From Eshraghiella crossota (GTDB lineage Bacteria; Bacillota; Clostridia; Oscillospirales; Acutalibacteraceae), in contig CAVFQD010000001.1 of NCBI GenBank assembly GCA_963624605.1, forward strand, positions 2,441 to 66,440: 64,000 bases of DNA, read 5' to 3'. The notes under the pieces were generated by a model. That model was not told where the DNA came from and did not search any database. It saw only the letters and a program-made list of their open reading frames with translations. Position 1 is the stretch's first letter; each line of letters begins with the position of its first letter. The position numbers and the translations under genes are program-made. Below, piece after piece: positions 25,382-35,035 of this stretch.

Positions 25382-26791
25382 GTGAGAAAAACTAAAATTG
25401 TATGTACCGTAGGTCCTGCCTGCGATAATGAGGAAACCCTGCACAAAATGCTTCTTGCGGGGATGAATGTCGCGAGACTTAACTTTTCACACGGTACGCA
25501 TGAGGATCAGCAGAAAAGAATTGACATTTTGAAGTCCATTCGGGACAGGACAAACAAGCCTCTTGCCATTATGCTTGATACGAAGGGACCGGAGTACCGT
25601 ATCGGGCTTTTTAAGGACGGAAAGTGCGTTATTAAAGAGGGGGATTCTTTTACCTTTACGGCAGACGATGTCAAGGGAGACGAAAAAAGAGTTTCCGTAA
25701 GCTACAAGGAGCTTGCAAAGGAAATGTCCGTGGGCGACACAATCCTTGTCAACAACGGCTTGCTGATTTTTACCGTTACGAAAATCGAAGGTAATGATGT
25801 CATATGCAGGGTTGACGCAGGCGGCGTTATTTCGGACAGAAAAAGTATGAGCTTCCCCGGAAAGGTGCTCAAGCAGAAGTATTTAAGCGATTACGATAAG
25901 GCGGATTTGCTTTTCGGTATTAAAAACGATGTCGATTATATTGCTTGCTCGTTTGTGTCCTGCAAGCAGGATATAGAGGATATAAAATCCTTCCTTGCCG
26001 AAAACGGTGCAAAGGGAATAAGCCTTATTGCAAAGATTGAAAACAGATCCGGCATTGAAAACATTGAGGATATATGCTCCGCATGCGACGGAATTATGAT
26101 AGGCAGAGGTGATATGGGCGTTGAAGTACCATATGAGGAGGTGCCCGCAATCCAAAAGGAGCTTATTACAAAGTGCCGTATGCTCGGTAAAAGAGTTATT
26201 ACGGCAACGGAAATGCTGGAGTCCATGATAACCAATCCGAGACCCACGAGGGCTGAAATATCCGATGTTGCGAATGCGGTTTATGACGGTACGAGCGCTA
26301 TAATGCTTTCCGGCGAGACGGCTGCGGGAAAATATCCGGTGCAGACGATTGAGGTTATGTCTAAAATTGCTGAAAACACGGAGCAAAACATACGCTATAA
26401 AAAGCGTTTTTCAACCGCTGAATTTTGTATCCGTAACGAAATGGACGCAATTTCACATTCGGTCTGCGGCATGGCAATGGACATAGACGCAAAGGCAATA
26501 GTCGTGTGCTCAATTTCTGGTATGACGGCGAGAATGGTATCAAGATTCCGTCCGCCTGTTGATATTTTAGGACTTTCGGTAAACAAAAAAACCTATCATC
26601 AGCTTGCGATGTCATGGGGCGTAACTCCCGTAATGAGCGAGGTATATCCGTCAATAGAGGTGCTTTTCTACACGGCGAAGCAGATGGCGAAAAAAACCTT
26701 TAACCTTAAAGAGGGCGACAGAATACTCATAACAGGCGGCACCTCGGGCACTACCGGCAACACCAACACAATAAGAATTGCAACGATATAA
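25382..26791 (+). CDS. pyk: pyruvate kinase
   Basis: 469 aa starting MRKTKIVCTVGPA, with NFSHG, MLDTKGPE and MIGRGDMGVE motifs. GTG start with AAGAGGA upstream. Confidence 0.95.
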   Translation: MRKTKIVCTVGPACDNEETLHKMLLAGMNVARLNFSHGTHEDQQKRIDILKSIRDRTNKPLAIMLDTKGPEYRIGLFKDGKCVIKEGDSFTFTADDVKGDEKRVSVSYKELAKEMSVGDTILVNNGLLIFTVTKIEGNDVICRVDAGGVISDRKSMSFPGKVLKQKYLSDYDKADLLFGIKNDVDYIACSFVSCKQDIEDIKSFLAENGAKGISLIAKIENRSGIENIEDICSACDGIMIGRGDMGVEVPYEEVPAIQKELITKCRMLGKRVITATEMLESMITNPRPTRAEISDVANAVYDGTSAIMLSGETAAGKYPVQTIEVMSKIAENTEQNIRYKKRFSTAEFCIRNEMDAISHSVCGMAMDIDAKAIVVCSISGMTARMVSRFRPPVDILGLSVNKKTYHQLAMSWGVTPVMSEVYPSIEVLFYTAKQMAKKTFNLKEGDRILITGGTSGTTGNTNTIRIATI

Positions 26792-26803
26792 CAACCGATA
26801 AAT

Positions 26804-26840
26804 AAAATCCGTTCTCCCGATTTGAGAGAGCGGATTTTTC
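26804..26840 (+). terminator. rho-independent terminator after pyk
   Basis: AATCCGTTCTC-loop-GAGAGCGGATT followed by a T-run. Confidence 0.7.
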
Positions 26841-26979
26841 TTGCGTTTGTCGAAAACAGATGCCCGTGCACTGCGCACATTTCAGAAAAACATACTTTAA
26901 CATTTGATTGAAAAGGCGGATTATATATGATATACTCTAAAGTATATTATTAAATTATTATTAAAAAGCGGGTGTTGGT

Positions 26980-28398
26980 ATGATAGAGGCTTATAAGCGT
27001 GCGGCGCAGGTTGTTCCTTCGGAGCGTCAGCTTAAATGGCAGAGGCTTGAATTCTATGCATTTTGTCATTTCGGTATGAATACATTTACGGATAAGGAAT
27101 GGGGCGACGGAACGGCTTCCCCCGAGTTGTTCAAGCCTACGGATTTCGATGCCGAGCAGTGGGTTAAGGCGATAAAAAACGGCGGAATGAGCGCGCTCAT
27201 TTTAACCTGTAAGCATCATGACGGCTTTTGCCTTTGGCCGAGCGAATATACGGATTATTCGGTTAAGGCGAGTCCGTTCAGGGACGGAAAAGGCGATGTT
27301 GTAAGGGAGGTTTCCGACGCCTGCAGAAAATACGGTTTGAAATTCGGAATATATCTTTCCCCGTGGGACAGGCACGAGCCGAGCTACGGCAAGGGAGACG
27401 AGTATAACGAATATTATAAAAATCAGCTCAGAGAGCTTTTGACGAATTACGGCGATATATTCTGTATATGGCTTGACGGAGCCTGCGGAGAGGGAAAGAA
27501 CGGTAAGGTTCAGCAGTATGATTGGCAGGGCTTTTACAAGGTTATGCGCGAGCTCCAGCCGGGTGCTACCATAAATATATGCGGTCCCGATGTGCGTTGG
27601 GTAGGCAACGAGGCGGGCGTCGGCAGAGAGAGCGAGTGGAGCGTTGTTCCGTCCTATTACTCGATAAATGAATTTACAGCCGAAAAGTCCCAAAAGGAGG
27701 ACAATAAGAAGTTCCGTAAGAGCCAGAGCCAGATGATTATGGACATGGGATCGAGAAAGGCTATCAAGGACGCGGACGAGCTTATCTGGTATCCGTCCGA
27801 GGTCGATGTTTCGATAAGACCCGGTTGGTTTTTCCATGAGAGTGAAAATTATAAGCAGAAATCCCTTAAAAAGCTTATGAATATTTATTTGAGCTCGGTC
27901 GGCAACAATTCCACTTTGCTTTTGAATATTCCGCCGGATAAGACGGGCAGGATTTATGAAACGGACGCACTTTTGCTTGAGAATTTCAAGCATGCTCTTG
28001 ACAGACGCTTCCCGAAGGACCTTTTGGCTGACGCGACTGTAACGGCTTCGTCGAATAGAGAAAGCGCAAAGAACATAATATCCACCGACGACACGCTGTA
28101 TTGGCAAGCTGATGGGAACGACCAAGTGCCCGAAATTGTGTTTGAATTTTCCGAAAAGACAGAGTTCGACTCGCTTGTTTTGCAGGAAAATATCGCAACG
28201 GGTCAGCAGATAGAGAAGTTCTCCGTCTATATTGAGAGCTTTTTGGGATGGAGAAAAATCTCCAAAAAGACGGTTATCGGCTATAAGAAGATTATCTGCT
28301 TCAAGAGACCGAAAAAGACGAAGAAAATTAAAATCAAAATTGACTCATACAGAGTTAAATGTACGCTTCTCAAGGTTGAAGCATACAACTCGAAATAA
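26980..28398 (+). CDS. alpha-L-fucosidase (GH29)
   Basis: 472 aa. GH29 N-terminal domain motifs (LILTCKHHDGFCLWPS, FGIYLSPWD, IWLDGA) plus a C-terminal F5/8-type discoidin-like domain. Confidence 0.9.
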   Translation: MIEAYKRAAQVVPSERQLKWQRLEFYAFCHFGMNTFTDKEWGDGTASPELFKPTDFDAEQWVKAIKNGGMSALILTCKHHDGFCLWPSEYTDYSVKASPFRDGKGDVVREVSDACRKYGLKFGIYLSPWDRHEPSYGKGDEYNEYYKNQLRELLTNYGDIFCIWLDGACGEGKNGKVQQYDWQGFYKVMRELQPGATINICGPDVRWVGNEAGVGRESEWSVVPSYYSINEFTAEKSQKEDNKKFRKSQSQMIMDMGSRKAIKDADELIWYPSEVDVSIRPGWFFHESENYKQKSLKKLMNIYLSSVGNNSTLLLNIPPDKTGRIYETDALLLENFKHALDRRFPKDLLADATVTASSNRESAKNIISTDDTLYWQADGNDQVPEIVFEFSEKTEFDSLVLQENIATGQQIEKFSVYIESFLGWRKISKKTVIGYKKIICFKRPKKTKKIKIKIDSYRVKCTLLKVEAYNSK

Positions 28399-28400
28399 TT

Positions 28401-29402
28401 ATGACTCTTACATATCCCGAGTTCTATCGGCGTTTCAGATGTACCGCCGACCGATGTGCGGACAGCTGCTGTGTCGGCTGGGAAATAGATATTGACGCCG
28501 ATACATATGAAAAATATCGGCTGATGCCGAAAGCTTTTCAAAAGAATATATCCGTTTCGGACGGCGTTGCGCATTTTATATTGACGGATGACGAGCGATG
28601 TCCGTTCCTTGAGGAAAACGGGCTTTGTAAAATTATTCTCTCTCACGGGGAGAATATGCTCTGCGACATATGCCGCGAGCATCCGAGGTTTTATGAGTGG
28701 TACGGTAATTTCCGTGACGCAGGTATAGGCCTTTGCTGTGAAGAGGCGGTAAGGCTACTGTTTGAGGGCGACGGCGTGCTCAAATATGAGAGCGTAGAAA
28801 CCGAGGAAGCGGCGGACGATGATACGCCGGAGAAAGTATGCGAAGAGATGTATGCACTTAGGCAAAGGCTGTTTTCCGCTATCAACCGACGGGATTTGTC
28901 TTTCCCCGAAAGGGTGAGAAAATGCTTCGGCGAAACAGGCGTTAAAGATGTCGGAGTACAGAGCGGTGCGGACGCATTTTATATGGAATGCGTCGTGATA
29001 ATGAAACAGCTGTCGCCTTTCGACAAATTGTGGGACGGTTATACCGACGCACTTGAAGAGCTGACATTTGATGATATAAAGAAGTGCTTTAGTAAAAATT
29101 TATCTAAAGAACAAATACGGTATGAAAAATCTCTTTCGTATTTTGTTTTCAGGCACTTTATAAAGGCATGCTTTGACGGAGATATAGCGGCTCATTTCAA
29201 ATTTGCGGTTATGATGACGGTGTTTGAAATTCTCCTTGACTGTGTGAACGGGGATTTGCCTTTCAACACCCGATATTTCTCAAAGCAGGTTGAATATTCC
29301 GAGGAAAACATTGACATTTTGACCGATGAATGCTGTTTCAATGCGTTGATAAGCGAAAATAACATTCTCGCTTTTCTCAACGAATTATTTAACGGAGGGT
29401 AA
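28401..29402 (+). CDS. FliB-family (flagellin lysine-N-methylase-like) cysteine-cluster protein
   Basis: The N-terminal FRCTADRCADSCCVGWEIDID and CPFL...GLCKI motifs resemble the FliB/YkgJ Cys-cluster family. The function in this context is unknown. Confidence 0.5.
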   Translation: MTLTYPEFYRRFRCTADRCADSCCVGWEIDIDADTYEKYRLMPKAFQKNISVSDGVAHFILTDDERCPFLEENGLCKIILSHGENMLCDICREHPRFYEWYGNFRDAGIGLCCEEAVRLLFEGDGVLKYESVETEEAADDDTPEKVCEEMYALRQRLFSAINRRDLSFPERVRKCFGETGVKDVGVQSGADAFYMECVVIMKQLSPFDKLWDGYTDALEELTFDDIKKCFSKNLSKEQIRYEKSLSYFVFRHFIKACFDGDIAAHFKFAVMMTVFEILLDCVNGDLPFNTRYFSKQVEYSEENIDILTDECCFNALISENNILAFLNELFNGG

Positions 29403-29404
29403 TT

Positions 29405-30316
29405 ATGAAAAAAGGGGTTAAGATTTTTATAATCGTTTTGGTACTGATACTTGTTGCGGCGGCAATAACGGCATTTTTGCTTTTCAGGTATTATCCGCAT
29501 TATAAGTCGGAAAAAAGGACTGTGCAGTTTACCGAAGTGAAGGAGCTTGACGAGCCCATCAGGGTTATGAGCGCAAATCTGCGTTGCATAAATCCGCTTG
29601 ATACGGGCAAGAAAAGCTGGTTCTACCGTGCCGACCTCGTAGTTGAAAATATCGAGAATAACAAGCCGTCGATAATCGGCTTCCAGGAGGCTACAAAGTG
29701 GCAGTACGCATATCTCAGGGATTGTCTGACAGGCTTTGATTCGGTTATTACATACCGCGACGACTCGACTTTTTCCGAGGGCTGTCCGATTTTCTACCGT
29801 GCGGATATGTATGACCTTGTGGATAAGGGCTCCTTTTGGCTTTCGGAAACTCCCGAGGTAATGAGTAAGGACTGGAACTCAAAATGCTACAGAATTTGCA
29901 GTTATGTCATTCTCAAAGAAAAATCAACTCAAAAGGAATTTGTCGTTTTCAACACGCACCTTGACCACATCAGCGATGAGGCAAGAATAAACGGCATAGG
30001 CGTTGTGCTTGATAAGATAGCGCAGTTCGGTTCGCTGCCGAGTATGATTATGGGCGATTTCAATGCCGAAGAGGGAAGCGTAACCTATGAAAATGTTACA
30101 AAGGACTTCCTTGACGCAAGGTATCAGGTTGACAATGCGGTTGACTCCTGTACTTATCAGAATTTCGGCAAGGCGCTTGACAGAAACCGTATCGACTACT
30201 TTATGATTTCAAAGACAGGGATAAATGTCAAAAGTTATAAGGTTGTAACGGATACCTTTAACGGCGTGTATTCGAGCGACCATTTCCCGCTACTTGCGGA
30301 ATTTACACTTGAATGA
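29405..30316 (+). CDS. endonuclease/exonuclease/phosphatase (EEP) family protein, membrane-anchored
   Basis: N-terminal TM helix and EEP motifs (IGFQEA, NTHLDH, GDFN, SDHFP). Confidence 0.8.
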   Translation: MKKGVKIFIIVLVLILVAAAITAFLLFRYYPHYKSEKRTVQFTEVKELDEPIRVMSANLRCINPLDTGKKSWFYRADLVVENIENNKPSIIGFQEATKWQYAYLRDCLTGFDSVITYRDDSTFSEGCPIFYRADMYDLVDKGSFWLSETPEVMSKDWNSKCYRICSYVILKEKSTQKEFVVFNTHLDHISDEARINGIGVVLDKIAQFGSLPSMIMGDFNAEEGSVTYENVTKDFLDARYQVDNAVDSCTYQNFGKALDRNRIDYFMISKTGINVKSYKVVTDTFNGVYSSDHFPLLAEFTLE

Positions 30317-30327
30317 CAGGAGAAAAT

Positions 30328-31461
30328 ATGTCAGAGCTTATTGCGACAAAGGAATATCTTTTGAAAGCGGTCGGAGCCGTTATCAATTCGGACGAAATAC
30401 CGAAAATGCCCGAGGACATAAACGCCCGTCTGCTTTTGGAGCTCATTGTTAAAAACTCGTTACAGGCTATAGGCTATCTTGCGCTGAAGGGTCAGAATTT
30501 TGAGTACAACGACAGGCTTGAAAGGTCGTACCGCACGGTGGTTGCCCGTGAAATAAGCCAGCAAGCCGAGGCGGACAGAATAAGAAAAGACTTTTCGGAA
30601 AACGGAATTGACTTTATGTTCTTAAAGGGCTCGCATCTGAAAAAGCTCTATCCTGCGCCCGAGCTCCGTTTTATGGCAGATACGGATGTGCTTGTCCGTT
30701 CGGACGATGTGGAAAGGGCAAAAAAAATATTGCTCTCGCACGGCTTTGAGCAAAAGGCGGACAACGGAAAAGACATTGTGCTTACGAAAAAACCGTTTTT
30801 GACTGTTGAGCTTCACAACACGCTTTTTGTTGAAGAATATTATATGTATGACTATTTTCTTTCTGTCTGGGATAAGGCGCAAAAAATCGGCGAGCACGAA
30901 TACGCAATGACTGACAGCGATATGTACATTTATACCGCGGCTCATTTGGCTGAGCACTTCACAACGGGCGGCGCATGCTTCAGACCGACCATGGATATAT
31001 ATCTTATGCGCAAGAAAATGTCGGATAAACTTGATTTCCCGTATATCGAAAAGGAATTTGAAAAGCTCTCTATTGATGATTTCGTTAAAAAAATCGAGAG
31101 GGTTGCGGACGGTATGTTCGGGAATTACGAAAAGGACGCTTCGCTTGAAGTTACCGAAAACTTTATCGTCCTCGGACCTCCCGTCAAAAACACTGGCGTG
31201 GCAAGCGTAGACGGAAAAGACCGTTCAAAGGCGGAAATGCTTTTGATATCGTTGTTTCCATCACTGAAACATATGCAGCTGCTTTTCCCTGTGCTCAAAA
31301 AGGCTCCCGTGCTTTTGCCGCTGTTTTGGGCAGTCCGCCTGTTTGAGCGGCTGTTCAGTAAAAAAGCAAGAGAAAAGCTTGTAAAAATCAAGGACACCGA
31401 TAAAAAGGACCTTGAAATAATGGGCAGGATTTACAGAGAGTCCGGAATAAAAAGAAGATAG
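30328..31461 (+). CDS. uncharacterised nucleotidyltransferase family protein (NTP_transf_5-like)
   Basis: The FLKGSHLKKLYPAPELRFMADTDVLV motif is typical of this family. The ATG at 30328 has an AGGAG 5 nt upstream. Confidence 0.7.
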   Translation: MSELIATKEYLLKAVGAVINSDEIPKMPEDINARLLLELIVKNSLQAIGYLALKGQNFEYNDRLERSYRTVVAREISQQAEADRIRKDFSENGIDFMFLKGSHLKKLYPAPELRFMADTDVLVRSDDVERAKKILLSHGFEQKADNGKDIVLTKKPFLTVELHNTLFVEEYYMYDYFLSVWDKAQKIGEHEYAMTDSDMYIYTAAHLAEHFTTGGACFRPTMDIYLMRKKMSDKLDFPYIEKEFEKLSIDDFVKKIERVADGMFGNYEKDASLEVTENFIVLGPPVKNTGVASVDGKDRSKAEMLLISLFPSLKHMQLLFPVLKKAPVLLPLFWAVRLFERLFSKKAREKLVKIKDTDKKDLEIMGRIYRESGIKRR

Positions 31462-31475
31462 CGATTAAGATAAAA

Positions 31476-31519
31476 GTACACCCCCGAATATGCCCGTGAG
31501 AGCATATTCGGGGGTGTAC
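31476..31519. terminator. bidirectional terminator hairpin between convergent genes
   Basis: GTACACCCCCGAATATGC-loop-GCATATTCGGGGGTGTAC forms an 18-bp perfect stem. Confidence 0.75.
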
Positions 31520-31530
31520 TGTATCTGCGT

Positions 31531-32394
31531 TTACGCTAAGCCGAGATATTCTTCAAGGCATTGGTTGTTTTCTTTCATTTCCTTTGCAGCCTTTTCGCCG
31601 ACATATCTCCAATGCCACGGTTCAAAGTTCACACCGGTTATTGCTGTTTTATCCTCGGGATAACGGAGAATAAAGCCGTAATTCTGTGCATTTTCGCAAA
31701 GCCATTTGTATTCCTTTGTGTTTACAAAATCCGAACTTGCGCTGACTATATCCATTGAAAGCCCTGCGTTGTGCTCGGAACAACCGGCGGGAAGCACCTG
31801 TTGCTGCGCTTTTGCCGCCGCTTCCTCGTCGGACATACCCTGATTTACATAGTAGTTTACTTTCCTTTTATATGTGTTTTCCTGGAGGGTATAGGTATGA
31901 TAACCCGAATAAGGCGTTAACACACAGCCTGCCTGCTTTGCGGCGGCATACATTTGCGAATAGTGCTCACTGACCCTTGAGTCAAGCTGAATGTTGCTTC
32001 CGTCTATTGCGTTTGAAAGCGTAGGAGCATATGAGTCGGGCAACGGGTATTTTGTGTTGATTATAGCTATCGACCAATTTTCGGAGTCGGTAACAGAGAC
32101 AACCGTCGCTTCCTTTTTTGCGGACTTTGCCGCAGGGGCTTGAGTCTGAGCTTCTGTCGTTTGGGGCTCGTCCGTAACGGGCTCGGCGACAGCGACAACG
32201 GCTTCCTCGGTTGTTTCCTCCTCAGCTGTGCCTGACGCCTCGTTTCTGTTGTACAGTTTTATTTTCGGAGTGGTGTCTCCGACCGATTTATATAAAATAA
32301 CAAGCGGTATCATAATCACCGCAAGAACGATTAACAATATGAGCTTTGTGCGGAGCGTTCTTTTGCTTATACCTTTTTTCTTTCCGTTTTCCAT
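31531..32394 (-). CDS. D-alanyl-D-alanine carboxypeptidase family protein (VanY/M15B)
   Basis: N-terminal anchor, a Thr/Glu/Ala-rich linker, and the SEHNAGLSMDI and EPWHWRY motifs. Confidence 0.85.
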   Translation of the reverse strand: MENGKKKGISKRTLRTKLILLIVLAVIMIPLVILYKSVGDTTPKIKLYNRNEASGTAEEETTEEAVVAVAEPVTDEPQTTEAQTQAPAAKSAKKEATVVSVTDSENWSIAIINTKYPLPDSYAPTLSNAIDGSNIQLDSRVSEHYSQMYAAAKQAGCVLTPYSGYHTYTLQENTYKRKVNYYVNQGMSDEEAAAKAQQQVLPAGCSEHNAGLSMDIVSASSDFVNTKEYKWLCENAQNYGFILRYPEDKTAITGVNFEPWHWRYVGEKAAKEMKENNQCLEEYLGLA

Positions 32395-32548
32395 ATCTTT
32401 TGCCTTTCACAAGTGAATGAATATATTTTATGCAATTTGCGGGCGGTTGTCAATCGGATATAATGCAATCATATTTTTAATTATCGACAAATGTAAAAAA
32501 ATGTGATAGAATATATTCGTTTATTTTTTCTGACAGGAGTGTAGCTTG

Positions 32549-33805
32549 ATGAAAGCAAGTGAGAGTAATTCAAATTATCCTTCACGCCTTCGTGAAATGA
32601 CGAATTATACAGTGCGTGAGGTTAAAAAGGTTTGTGCGGAGATAGGTCCGCGTGAATCGGGAGAAGAGAGCGAGAGAAAGGCTCAGTCATATGTCGCGCA
32701 GTCAATGAAAAATGTTTGCGACAGTGTTGAAACAGAGGATTTTGAGGTGCATCCCAAGGCATTTATGAGCTGGGTTGTAATTGATGTTGTGCTTATGCTT
32801 GCGTCGATTATCTGCCTGTTATTAAAGCAGTTCAACGCTTTTGAGGCGGCGAATATGGGACTCGGCATTGCGGCAACGGTGCTTACGGTAGTTTCGGTAA
32901 TACTAATGGTCGGCGAGTTTCTTTTCTATAAGGAAATGCTTGACCCGTTCTTCCCGAAAAGACAGTCGTGCAATGTGGTTTGTACCCGTAAGGCTTCTGG
33001 GGAGACAAAGAAAAGAATTGTTTTTGCGGGTCATATTGATTCGGCTTACGAGTGGTATTTCACACATCTCGGCGGCGGAAAGTTCCTGTTCACAATGATA
33101 AAGCTTTCAATAGGCTCTATCGGCTTGAATCTTGTTCTTGATGTTGCTTCGTTCTTTAATGTTCCGCACTGGCTTGACATTGTAATTATCGTGCTTGCGT
33201 TCATTACCGCTGTTCCGATAGCTGCCTGCTCGTTCTTCGTAAACTGGAAGCTTGTTGTTCCCGGCGCAAACGACAACCTCACGGGTGTGTTCGCTTCAAT
33301 GGCTGTAATCCGTTATATGGAAGCGAATGATATCCGCTTTGAGCACACGGATGTCGTTGCGGTTTCCACGGGCTGCGAGGAATGCGGGCTCAGAGGTGCG
33401 AGAGCATATGCCAAGAAGCACGCAAACGACGGTATAGAGACTGTTGCGATTGCGGTTGATACACTTAAAGATTACGATTATATGGGTATATACAATAAGG
33501 ATATGAGCGGCACTGTAACCCTTGACAAGCAGGTTTGTGCCATGGTTAAGAAAGCAAGCGAAAATGCGGGTCTCAACCTTCCTTATTCAAAGGTTTACTT
33601 CGGTGCTTCCGACGCTGCTGCTATTCAGCAGAGCGGTATCAGGGCTTCTGCTCTTGCCGCTATGGATCCGACTCCCGCAAGCTATTATCATACAAGAGAC
33701 GACAAGCCCGATATCCTTGAGCCCAAAACGGTTGAGGCAAGCATAAATGTGCTTCTTGAAACCGCCTTTTTGTATGACAGTGAGGGATTGAAGGATACTT
33801 ATTAA
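32549..33805 (+). CDS. M28 family metallopeptidase with internal TM segments
   Basis: About 418 aa. GHIDSAYEW, NDNLTGV and EECGLRGA are M28 zinc-ligand motifs. The ATG at 32549 follows the TTG of the ORF track. Confidence 0.8.
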   Translation: MKASESNSNYPSRLREMTNYTVREVKKVCAEIGPRESGEESERKAQSYVAQSMKNVCDSVETEDFEVHPKAFMSWVVIDVVLMLASIICLLLKQFNAFEAANMGLGIAATVLTVVSVILMVGEFLFYKEMLDPFFPKRQSCNVVCTRKASGETKKRIVFAGHIDSAYEWYFTHLGGGKFLFTMIKLSIGSIGLNLVLDVASFFNVPHWLDIVIIVLAFITAVPIAACSFFVNWKLVVPGANDNLTGVFASMAVIRYMEANDIRFEHTDVVAVSTGCEECGLRGARAYAKKHANDGIETVAIAVDTLKDYDYMGIYNKDMSGTVTLDKQVCAMVKKASENAGLNLPYSKVYFGASDAAAIQQSGIRASALAAMDPTPASYYHTRDDKPDILEPKTVEASINVLLETAFLYDSEGLKDTY

Positions 33806-33886
33806 AAAATAGCGGTTTCCTATTGTTAAAACAGTATGATTTGTGTTATTATTATCTCAACATAACGCAAAAGGGGATTAAAATAT

Positions 33887-34981
33887 ATGAAAATTTCATG
33901 GAAAAAAACGGTCGCCGTTATGCTCTGCGTCATTATGACGGCAATGATTTTTGCCTCATGCAGCGCCGAGGATGTAATCGGAGATGAGGAGGAAACACCT
34001 CAGGAGGTAAGCGTAAAGGTTGACCTTAACGATTCAAGCTTTACATTTACATACGGTGAGTTAAAGACGGTTCTTCCGGCAGATAAGCTCGGCACTCTTT
34101 TTGAGGATTATGACGAGATTTCGGACGATATTACCATTGAGCTGAGCTACAATGACATCACAACAAAGTTCAGTGACGATGATTTGTGGAAGGATGTTCT
34201 CAACCTTCTCTCGGAGGAGGAAAAGGCTTCAATTAAAGCGAACGAGGCTAATGTTGTAGAATATTTTGTAAACAAAATCAATAACGCAAAGTCGGAAAAG
34301 CCGATTACGCAGTACAAGGAAAGCTTCTGGACGGACAGCGGCAGTATCAACTTCAGTCAGAACGGAGAGGATACCGACAGCAAGGTTAAAACCGCCGCTG
34401 AGTTCTTTGACTATTATGTTGTTAAGGGAGCAGGGGAAAAGCTTCCAAACGGAACGACCGAAAAGGGCGACGACCTTACCGACATTGTTTATCTTTTCGG
34501 CTCTGACAAAGCGTGTGCAATCACAGCGGACGATGTTGTTTCTGCGGTAAGCTCACTTTCGTATGAAACGCAGACCGTTACGGAAAAGGTTACAAACGAA
34601 AAGGGCAAAGAGGAAAGCCAAGAGGTCAAGGTGGTAACCGGTATCACGAGAATTATCACAATTGTTCTCAAGGATGATGCGGCTTCGGTCCTCAAGGCAT
34701 ACTCAATGCATGACAAGAACGCAATTCTTGACGAGATAAAAAAGGCTTCATCTTATTTCACGGTTGACGATTATTCGGTTGACTTTGACGGCTGCACGAT
34801 CACGGCAACCTTCAACGCCGCTACGGATAACATTCTTTCCGTAACTTATGATAAGAATATGGATGTTTCAACGGTTGTGAACGGAGTGGGAGACCTCTCT
34901 TATCTCGGAAAGCAGGATCTCACATTCGGTTGCACGGACCGTATGGAATATCACTTCGGCTGGGACGACGAAGCAAAATAA
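33887..34981 (+). CDS. hypothetical acidic lipoprotein
   Basis: Signal peptide with lipobox IFASC. I recognise no family. Confidence 0.6.
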   Translation: MKISWKKTVAVMLCVIMTAMIFASCSAEDVIGDEEETPQEVSVKVDLNDSSFTFTYGELKTVLPADKLGTLFEDYDEISDDITIELSYNDITTKFSDDDLWKDVLNLLSEEEKASIKANEANVVEYFVNKINNAKSEKPITQYKESFWTDSGSINFSQNGEDTDSKVKTAAEFFDYYVVKGAGEKLPNGTTEKGDDLTDIVYLFGSDKACAITADDVVSAVSSLSYETQTVTEKVTNEKGKEESQEVKVVTGITRIITIVLKDDAASVLKAYSMHDKNAILDEIKKASSYFTVDDYSVDFDGCTITATFNAATDNILSVTYDKNMDVSTVVNGVGDLSYLGKQDLTFGCTDRMEYHFGWDDEAK

Positions 34982-34993
34982 CCAAAGCGACAG

Positions 34994-35019
34994 AGACCGC
35001 CGATTCGGCGGTCTTTTTT
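34994..35019 (+). terminator. rho-independent terminator
   Basis: GACCGCCG-attc-GGCGGTC followed by TTTTTT. Confidence 0.75.
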
Positions 35020-35035
35020 GATACGGAGATAAATT

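Noticed and set aside
27202-28125. 307-aa minus-strand ORF
   Set aside because: It is antisense to the GH29 fucosidase gene. It is a shadow ORF.
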